DNA of 64,000 nucleotides from Pavona decussata. Taxonomy: Eukaryota. Positions 50,726-60,480 of the stretch are shown one piece after another. Positions within the stretch are counted from its first letter, which is position 1, and every line of letters starts with the position of its first letter. The position numbers and the translations under genes were made by a program. Under the pieces are notes generated by a model. It had not been told where the DNA came from. It did no database searches and saw nothing but the letters and a program-made list of their open reading frames with translations. Location: NCBI GenBank assembly GCA_977016875.1, contig CDRNST010000104.1, forward strand, positions 3,224,001 to 3,288,000, given 5' to 3'.

Positions 50726-52030
50726 ATGGGCCTCGCTTGGGTTTTCATTAACCTCTTTGTCTTTGTTATAAAGACTCAAACGCACACATTGCAAACGGTT
50801 CGCCGAGATTACCCATGTACACCTTACCCTTGTCCTCTGGAACAAACATCGATGAATCTTTGTCCGAGTGAGTGCTGTACGCCCGAGGTTATGATGCCGT
50901 GTAGTAACGGTCCTCCCCCCATTGCACTTCCGAATGCTCAATGCCCTTGCGGTAAGTGTTCTGATCAGTTTCAAATTCTATACTTAAAAGGAAAGAGAAA
51001 TCGAAGTTTGATTAAGCAATTTTCTGGTATGGATATTGCATTTGAACATATACCAAAGGCAAAATTCAGGTTTTTCGATTCAAAGCGGGTGATTTGTTTT
51101 GATCGCCGCGCGTATTAAACCGGGCATTTATCACACTATGACCTCTCTCTTATTTCTAAGGTTCAAATAAAAAACAGGGAAGTAAAACCATTCACTGAGT
51201 GTAAAGTGTGAAGTGCGCTGGTTGATAAACCATTGTCTATCCCTCGGCTGGTAGGAGAAAACTGCAGTGATGATCAAAATACAGGAAACAAATGAATACT
51301 GGTACCAGACTGTCAATGAATTGGATTTCCGAAATCCGAATTAACATATATTTGACCTAAGTATGAACTATAAACTGCGATTGTTTTTTATACGGTATAA
51401 TGAAGCTGTTCAGTTGAAAGTTGGACACAACGGCTATCTAATTATTCCAAATCTATGCTTGCGATGGATTTTGTTTTTGGCGTAAGCTGTGGAGCCAAAA
51501 TGCCCTTTATACCAAGCGTGCTTCCTATGTCTCAAATGTATACTAAATGGTAGAAATTTCAGTGAATTTCTTCTGCCAATCAAAACCCAGGCAGTAACTG
51601 AGATGTAAATTTCAGAAATTTTCCATGATATTGTAGAATCATGAGTAATCTTTAGTAATCAGGAGAATTCGGACAGGCTAATTTCTAATTTGGTTGCGGT
51701 GACGGTACGTATTTCTACTGTGAAACACTATAAAACAAATTAAGATATTTCAGTGATGTATTTTCAGAAAGACGGAAAATAACAGTTTTAACTCCTTTCC
51801 TGTTGACGACTTAAGGTTGCTGCTGCCAAAGTGCCACAGTTCCAGGAGATCCAAACCAAGCAACGGAGCCCTGTGACAAGGTTACTGGTAGTCTTTTTTT
51901 ATGGAAATCAAACCCCAAACGTTCACCGCCTACAAAGTCAAAAGGATCAAGCGCGCCGCAGCCAGCAGCAGCTCGTACAGGGCCAATAGTGGCCAAAAGC
52001 GGTGGCGGTAACATTCAACCTCCCAATTAA
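50726..52030 (+). CDS. Gene H: small secreted Cys/Pro-rich protein (~146 aa)
   Basis: Exon 1 is 50726-50951 (hydrophobic N-terminus; VRR|DYPCTPYPCP..CPSECC..CPC; donor G|GTAAGT). Exon 2 is 51816-52030 (GCCCQSATVPG..DKVTGSLFLWKSN..PPN*). Confidence 0.8.
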
Positions 52031-53692
52031 GCCCCAACCAAACCTCCTTCAGCAGCAACGACAACTTCTACAGCTTACTGGTTAACAGTGCTATTAGACT
52101 GCTCTTCCTCTTGTTGGCACTTCAGTGGCTTTGAGGACGATTTATTCGTGGCATTTCAGTCGCTTCAGGTTTAATACAATCCCTCTCAATCCCACGTTTG
52201 GTTTTGAGATATGTTTTCCTGTATGTTAAGAGTAGAACTTCGTTATTCGCTTCACCCGCCATTGGTTAAAAATATGAAAATAAAGCATCGTTCGTTTCCT
52301 CGTTAAAGAACACCCTGATATTGACCTTCTAGAGAGTTCTCGAGCGAATATTTATCGATTTCTAGGAAGTTCTCAGGTAACCGATTGAAGCTAACCAAAA
52401 GCTTAATCCGAGCACTTTTGTCTTTGTTTAGTGCACCAACGCAGTTGCTTCGTTTTATGCTGTTGGTTGTTTTCTCGTACAGGAATATAACTTTGAGATA
52501 CTATGAATGGCTTAAATTCGATTCTTATACGAATTTCATTTCAAAGGGCTGAAAATCTGACCTATAAGTTAACGCTGAGATATCAAACAACTGAAAATCC
52601 CGATAAAGATTTAGCATATCTAAGGCAAACATATCATCACGAGTAATGGTAGTCTAAGACATGGGGGTTGACTACTCGAGCAGTCGTCTCGAGCAAAAAT
52701 AAGTTGAATTGTTTCGACACTTGAATAAATTTATCACCTTACCATCTGAACTGTTGTCCCGTATCTTTGATTTTCACTTCTTCATATCCGCATAGATATA
52801 ACCCCTGACTGTTTTCCTCTCAGACAGCTCCTTGAGTGCATCCGCCCACCCAAGTTTTACTGAAAACCCTCACGAAACGCTGGATGGGAGATCGTTTCGA
52901 ATGCCTGTTGCTAAGATATCATCGATCCATTCAAACACAGTGATGGAACTACAGTAGGATTGTATTTTGTTTTCGCCAGGACCTCATTAAAAAAAATAAG
53001 CAATGTCTAGGCCGCGGATGGTAGGAAAAATGCAGTAATAATCAAATATGAGGAAGAAATGTATGCTGGTACTCGGCAGTCTCGACTGACAATGGGTTTG
53101 ATTTCCGAAATCCGAATTTACTTTTTGAATAGGCGAGTTAAATCTTTGAAAATATACTTTGAATTATCCGTTGCACGACTACTTCCTAATATGAAAGTAA
53201 GCTCATCACCATGATCTGGTTACTCACCCAGAGGATTTTATGAGTTTTCAGTGGGCAGCGTAGAACAGGGACTGAGTAAAAACTCAAAATGGCGACGGTT
53301 CACAGTAGAAGTTTCAAACACTGAAGAATGGGGATATATTCACAAGAAAAAGAAATCGAAGACACACAACAACAGAAATGATGGTAAGATGATAGATTTA
53401 ATGAATGTCGATGAAATTACGTTTTCGCTACAGACTACTCTGGTCGAGTAGTCTAAAAGTCTGAAAATCAGTCTCAATGAGACAATTACATACTTTGGTC
53501 TGAAAATGGCAACGCCAGGCGTTAGGCGGGCCACAGAACCCCACCTAAAACTCTGACGAGTATCCATAGGTGTTCAATATACTGCTGGAATTTGAATGAA
53601 GATGTTATTTTTTAAGCCTGGTGACTAAATGATAGATGTATTTTTTCAGTCAGAACTCAGATTTTCTTTTCTCCGAGTATGCCAGTGTCATT

Positions 53693-53933
53693 TGGGCCCA
53701 GTTGTTCAAAGCCCGATTAAACTAATCCTGGGTCAACGTGAACTTTGATTTTAGTTCAATTACTAGACAATAAAGGTTTTCGAAAAGCTTTTGTCCTTCA
53801 GTCTTGACTTAGACTTTTCTTTGCTGTTAGCTTAAAATTAACTTTATAAGGCATTTTTAACAAGCAAACTGAAAACCTCGGTTAACTTTTAATCGGGGAT
53901 TAGCGTAAATCGGCTTTCGAACAACCGTGCCCA
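53693..53933. mobile_element. MITE
   Basis: TIRs tgggcccagttgttcaaagcccgattaa / taaatcggctttcgaacaaccgtgccca. Confidence 0.7.
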
Positions 53934-54765
53934 GGCGTATTATTTAGCACATTATATATATAGGTGTTGATTTTAGGTGTAGTTGGGAAGTCTTATAAAT
54001 TATCCCCTGGTGTATCTCATCAATTGGATAGTCTTGTTTTCGCCTTTTTTTTTTTTTGGCAAATTTCCCTATTTTTTACTCACGCTTACGTTTATTTGCG
54101 ATCCGAAAATCAATTCATTTGCGCCGTTTAAGCTGTTATTATGACATTGAAGTTCTGAACACTATGTGAACCACTAACGCGTTTATTGATGCAGAAAGGA
54201 TTTATTCCTCTCATTTGGACTGGTGCTTTTGTGTCTCAACCTCATCTGGTGTTAACATGAACTCTTTAAAAAATGACTGAATTTTCGAATACCCTGGAAT
54301 CCTTCCACATCTATAAATTTCTCGCATTATCTTTAAGGGAAATTAAACTATAAATCTGAAACAAAACGTCAGTCGGATTTTCCCCTCCTCCATGCCCCAT
54401 CCCTTCTTCCAATGATGTGCGGACGCTAGAAGCATCAGCCAAGAACACTCCAACTTTTCATTTGCTGGTAATAGTAGCGCAACTAATGATACCTTTATCC
54501 ATTCAGGAGGTCATGACCCAGAGCCTCTGTCTTTAATACTAAGCCTTAGAGTCAACCCTTTTTCGAGCACCTTCAATTGTAGAGCGGGCTCTCAAGGGAC
54601 CTTTGGAACGTCCACATTTCAAATACCCAATCAACAAAGAGCGATGGCAAATGAACTGCCATATGTCATACCTTTTCGCAAGAAAAGCTCTAAAAATAAA
54701 TTTACTGGGAAAGCATCTATATAAATAGAGACTCCTGGCCATGGGTTCCTGGTCCACGCTATCAT

Positions 54766-57132
54766 TCAAATAGTAGGGATGTGACGATTATACCTAATCC
54801 TCAAATCACCCAAACCAGAAACAATTGTATGCTCTTCTTTGTCTTTCCTCTCGTGCTTCTTTTGCTCTTTTCGTCTCGCATATGAGGCGGACACGTCACC
54901 CACTTCAAATCCTTTGTACCCCTTATTTAAGTCCCTGAATATTGCATTTCCTTTTTGCAGCTTACTGAAGACAAATGGGCTAACTAGGCTGTTGGTTAGC
55001 TTTTCTCTTTCCCTCTTAGAAGATGACCAGAAATGTCCCATATTAAATTTGCTGGCGTATTTGGGATAATTTGCTGCTTCGTCCCCTTTCACTGTGGAAT
55101 TTAATTTCAAACCGTCCTGATTTGTTCCCACCCCCAACTGTTTTCCTTTGATACTTTGTGGAACATATTTCTGGTTCCCCTTGTCAAAGTTTAAACTTTC
55201 CATCGAACCCTCCGAGCTATAGGGATAATTTGTTGCTTCGCCCCCTTTCACTGTGGAATTTAATTTCAAACCGCCCTGATTTGTTCCCACCCCCAAATTT
55301 TTTCCTTTGATACTTTGTGGAACATATTTCTGGTTCCCCTTGTCAAATTTTAAACTTTCCGTCGAACCGTTCGAGCTATTGACTGTTTTCCTGTCCTTCT
55401 CATGAAGTGTATTATCTTTTTCACTATTGATGGTGGTTTTGCTTTGCGCTACATTTTCGAGTAATTTTGCTTGTTGACGAAACAACTCAGAATCTCTGAA
55501 AGGTGCCCCCGGCGAAAAAGGACGGTGCAACAGCGAGAAGTGCTTATCGTCAAATTGGTATTCAGGGAAATACTGGACATTTCTCACACGGTATGGATTC
55601 ATTCCCCAAGGAACCTTCCCTCTCACGAAAAAAGGAGAGTATCCTTGGAAATCCCAATATGTTTGGTGTGGGAATCGCAAAATATGAGGCATGTAATATG
55701 GAAAATAATCAGACCACATGAAGAATGGTCGAGGGGGTCTACGCATGTGTGGTACCCATGGTCTCCAGTGCATGGGACGAGCAGCGTAAGCTTCATTTGA
55801 AGACTTGGGCTCGTCACTTAGATTCAGTTCTAAATTCATGTTCGGTCCCTTGCTGGCATATCCTCCGTCATTTTTCTTCGGTTTAGGGTGTCTCTGGCTA
55901 TCTGTGGAGAGTTTCGGTTGGCGTGTAGCTGGGAAAGCCGTGATGTCGAAGCGCTTGATGGCATTGCTTCCATGCCCTGGACGTTTCTCACTACAACCTA
56001 TTCATGAAATGAATAGGTAATTGGATGTAAAATAACTGTGATTCCCTGTATGTTAATTTTCCATTTAAAACTTCAGAGAAATAAAAGATGAAAATTGGTT
56101 AACAATGCCAGTGTTTTCTCGTGATCTGGAATATTGTCATCTTCCATTTGTTTTCTTCTGCCTTAATGTATTTTTTGCACTCACGGGCGCGTACAAATAC
56201 AAGCGTAGCTTTAGTTCAATAAATTGTGGTTATTGTGGCTTTGTTACCCGACAGAGCACCACCTATAACCGACAGAGAAATTCCGGCGCATTTATTTGCT
56301 TGTAATCCTGACAAGGTCATCACTGGCTCTTTGTCTGTATTTTCCACAGTAAAGCATGAACGTTTCAGAAATTATTCGGAGGGTTATAAAAAACATAAAC
56401 CCCTTCACGGCTTACTGGTATATCGGATGATAATGCCCGAGGATGAAACATTGTTTTCGAAACTTGTTTCACACTTGCCCTCGTAACTTCGCTTCCTGGA
56501 CAACTGTTCACTTTTGGACAATTTTTCAGTCTCGGGCATTATCTTCTGATGTTCCTTGTGTCTCTCTCTATCAGGTGTTAACGAACTAGTGTTAAACAAT
56601 TCTACTACGGAAAGTATAAACCAGTTAATAGAGACATTTTCTATTGTAAAAGTGATCTTATACCATGTATTAGTAAAGCTTTTGTTGAGTGTTGTTTTTG
56701 ATTCATCAAGGCTAAGCCTAAATCGAATTTACGCGGCGAAATTGAGCATGAGTGAATCATAGAAGTACTGCGGAAGAGCTAGAGGTACTTACTCGAAACA
56801 GTCGAAATGGGAAATCCAATGGCAGGGCCACAGTTGAAGCCTCCACAGTCTGTTGCCTTTATAGGTCTGCAAAGTCCCCCACGAAATAACACCTCCCTCT
56901 TAAGAGGGCAGTTTGAAAAATACAAACAGTTCGAAGGATATCTCTGGGGAAAATTTCTTTTATAGAAACTGTGAACGAATGAAGGTTTAGTGTTCGTGTT
57001 TCGTTCGTTCTTTGTTATATCCAGTCCATCTGGAAGAGTACTTGAGACAACTTGGCGACTCTGAACCACTCCCAGGCTTACAATTATAAGAATAATGGTA
57101 ACAACCTTCGTTTCAAGGTATGAAGACTTCAT
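54766..57132 (-). CDS. Gene I: 3-exon secreted precursor (~586 aa) with KR-flanked Cys peptides, an aromatic/Pro/Arg-rich segment and a 53-aa repeat
   Basis: Exons 56793-57132, 56416-56604 and 54766-55997, joined by phase-1 GT-AG junctions, 1761 nt open. Signal peptide MKSSYLETKVVTIILIIVSLGVVQS. Confidence 0.75.
55063..55380 (-). repeat. Coding tandem repeat, 159-bp (53-aa) unit x2, in gene I
   Basis: gggataatttg at 55063 and 55222; the units are near-identical. Confidence 0.9.
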
Positions 57133-59355
57133 CCCTTTGTTCAGTAGAAAATATTTCGTTCTCAGACGGAGGGAAGAAACGACGATTACGTTTTACGTTT
57201 CTCTATTGGGTTTTGGTGGTTAATATTAATGAATAAAGTCACGAAGTTTATGTGGTAAGAATTGTTCAATTATGTCAAAAATTCTAATCAAGTTTTGGAT
57301 AGAAAACTGCTCCAAGAAAATTAAATAGTTTTAAAAAACACTTTCTCATGCGAACCAAATCTCTTTGAAAACAAATTTGAGATAATATTTGCTCCATCTA
57401 ATTAAAGACTGATAAATGTGAGTTATAATTTTACGTTGTTTAAAACTGAGCTTTTGAAAGGTTCCTCCCACAAAGCGGGTACATGTTGCTTTACATTTCT
57501 CAGTTTTACGCAAGTGATTTCAAAAATTGTAAAGTGGTTTAAAATATAGCTGTTATATACTTAAAACTGTAATGCCCTTATATTTTAAACGGTAGCGAAA
57601 CAAGTGAGTGACTGAGTGATAACTCTATTTATCCTTAGGAGTAGGTGACGTAACAGGTCGCAAGCTTTTGACAAAATAGAAATTCCTTGCAGTGGTTTTT
57701 ACAATATTTATTTCCTTAAAAAATATAATCGTGGCGACTCCTTTCTAGCAAGTATACGTTTATTGGTGCTCCAGTTGAGGCCGTACGGATATAACAAGAG
57801 ATAGCACTTTAATTAATTTGGACAAGGAAATACCATAATCGCCGGCCTATAGCCTTTGGGTAACACATCCAGGAAAAAAGGTTTTGTAAATGTTCTTCAC
57901 GCTGCTGGTGTTCTTTTGTCTTTTATTTTCTTGATCTTCTTCTTCTTCTTCTTCTTGTTTTTGCATGTTGTTGTTTTTCTGCTTCTTGTGCTTCTCCTTC
58001 TTGTTCTTCTTGTTTTCATTCTTGATCTTTTTCTCTCTTGCTTCTCTTCCTTTTTCTATTATTCTCATTGGCTGTCCAAAGACTTGTTGCAATATCATGC
58101 TTGGTGTTCCAAAGGCAGGAACACAATAATGGAACATGAGCATGAAGTTTCAACAAACCTGGAATCAGGTGAATTGTGTGTGCCTCACTCCATGTTCCTT
58201 GCCCAGTGGCGTGCTATGATTTGATTGCATTAGTTTCTTCGGATGTGTTTTGGAGTTATAAATGCTAGATGAAATACAGATGACTGGATGGCCTAAAGAC
58301 ACGCACGATGAAGGGATACACGTGTGCTGTTTTGTTAATAATGGCTTGTGCCTGATACACAATGCACTTTCAGTATCTCCATGGTCCTACCCTGGTCAGA
58401 AAACACGTTGTAACGCCATTTACCTGCTGTAACTATTCGAATAATAGCCGGGGCGATTTTTTTTTCGCACTTTAAGTGGGCGATGGCGGGAGGTGGCGAT
58501 TAATCGAGGGCGGCAATTATTTTAAACGTTGTTTGTGGAAAGTCGGGCCCACATATTTTGTTTTATTGTTCCATTTGATCATGCATTAAATAATCACACC
58601 AAGTAAACAATGCCCTAAAAAGTGTGCTCAATTTGGTTTTATGAACTAACAACATCAATGTCATCACAGTCAGAGCCGGAGTCCTCGATCAGCCTTGCTT
58701 GCTATCCAAGACGTAATTTTGAACTTGACAGGGAGGGGGTGAGAGAAGAAAGGTAGAGGGGTTTGAGCATTTTAAGAAAGGGAGGAGGAGTGGATGTTAG
58801 GGATTATTCAAGGGGGGCAATTGTTTCAAATATTTCCACCGAAAGGGGGACGGTCCCGTTCGCGGTGAATCGAAGGACGGATATTATTCGAATAAATGCG
58901 GTACTCTTAAGAGGTAAGTTTTCTAGAAATTCAAATTAAAAATTGGATGACGCTTTTGACATTGAAGTTATTCCCCAGATAATATTACTATTCTAGCAAA
59001 TTTTTCGATCGTATGTTTTGTCTACTTATCGGTAATATGTAGTGCCATTCTATTAATTGAGATTAAAACTGCGCATCATTTAAGGGACTGAAAATCATTG
59101 CCGCAGAGTATGAAAATAAATACATATTGCTTGCTTAAAAATACGACTACTATTCGTAATTGACTTAGTAGGTTGTGAAAAGTAAAAATAAACCTGTTTG
59201 TCATGTCTCATGTGTATTGAACTGTCAACTCCCTGCTGTTAAACAGTCAATGCCACCAGGTTCTATTATGAGGTAATGTAACATTTCTTCCACTTTTTAA
59301 ATTGGCTTTAAGTGATTTGTACCGCCCCATTTTGACACGAAAATTTTGGCACAAA

Positions 59356-60480
59356 ATGACAGTGTTCTCTTTATGGATATTCCTTTTGCTGAATGCAGTT
59401 TTGATAACTGACAAAGCGTTTGCCCCCAACCCTAATCACGGAAATAACAATCCATTGGCTCCATCTGGTAGAAACAGGAATGTTGGAGTGTTTAGTGTAC
59501 AAGTGGGTACTCCATTGTCACAAAACGTAGCTTCTGAAAATTTTAAGTCACCTCCAGCTCCAACTAATGGACAGAACGAAGGCATACAGCAAAAGCAATA
59601 TTCGCTTCAAAAGAAACCCTCGAAATTAAATAAGGAACTTGAAATTGCCGCACAGGGTGGCATTTCAACACAGCAGAGGTTACAGGGTGGTAAAACAACT
59701 CAGAAGGTAATACAGGGAACACTGCAAGTTGAGCAACCTATACTGGACAGCCAACAGCTTCAGAATTCACCGCAGGAAAACGCGTCATCTCAGCAGTCAG
59801 TACGGGATCAACAGCTACCTGGACAGCTAACACAGAACAACCAACGACCTACACAAGCATTTCAGGTTAGTCAGTCATCTCAGATCGATCAACAGGCCAC
59901 TAAGAGCGAGGACCAAAACAACAAGAGCAACGATTGCGGAGGCAGTTGCGGATGTTGTTGTGGAAAAACTAACAATAACAACAATGGTGGCAATGGCAAC
60001 AAGAATAACAACTGCCGTGGTTGCTGCTGCTGCTGCTGCCAACCATGCTGTTGTTGCCAGCCTTGCTGCGGTTGTCAGCTATGTTGTTGTCAACCATGTT
60101 GCTGCCAACAGTGTTCTCATAACCATCAGCACGTGCACGACCTCTGCGTGCATCACGTTCATCACATCATGCATCATCACAAATGTCCCAATGCGTGTGC
60201 ACAACCGTCCTGCTGCGAATGTGCTCAACCATCCTTCTGTGGCTGCGGATGTGAATTCGTGGATCCTTTCAGCTGCGGATGCGTTGGACCTTGTGGCTGT
60301 GGAATTGGCAGTGGATGTGGGTGTGGGTCTGAGTTCGGATGCCAGTGTGGTTTCCCCTACCCGTGTGGGTACACCAATGAGTTTAGCAATTTCGACTGTG
60401 ACATCTTTGCAACTGAAAATGAAGGTAGTTATACATACTTTAAGAATAAAGTCAAACCAATACTAAAAAGGACGCCTTAG
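59356..60480 (+). CDS. Gene J: single-exon secreted protein (374 aa) with Gln-rich N-half and ultra-high-Cys, His-containing C-half
   Basis: ORF 59302-60480 with ATG at 59356 and signal MTVFSLWIFLLLNAVLITDKAFA. Contains CCCCCCQPCCCCQPCC, HNHQHVHDLCVHHVHHIMHHH and CGC repeats. AATAAA shortly after the stop. Confidence 0.88.
   Translation: MTVFSLWIFLLLNAVLITDKAFAPNPNHGNNNPLAPSGRNRNVGVFSVQVGTPLSQNVASENFKSPPAPTNGQNEGIQQKQYSLQKKPSKLNKELEIAAQGGISTQQRLQGGKTTQKVIQGTLQVEQPILDSQQLQNSPQENASSQQSVRDQQLPGQLTQNNQRPTQAFQVSQSSQIDQQATKSEDQNNKSNDCGGSCGCCCGKTNNNNNGGNGNKNNNCRGCCCCCCQPCCCCQPCCGCQLCCCQPCCCQQCSHNHQHVHDLCVHHVHHIMHHHKCPNACAQPSCCECAQPSFCGCGCEFVDPFSCGCVGPCGCGIGSGCGCGSEFGCQCGFPYPCGYTNEFSNFDCDIFATENEGSYTYFKNKVKPILKRTP

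Noticed and set aside
57847-58224. Lys/Glu-rich (-) and hydrophobic (+) ORFs
   Set aside because: Both arise from a CTT/GTT low-complexity tract; no convincing start, signal peptide or splice context.
59960-60466. Ala/Val-rich overlapping ORF
   Set aside because: Alternate-frame shadow of the TGC/TGT-rich gene J.
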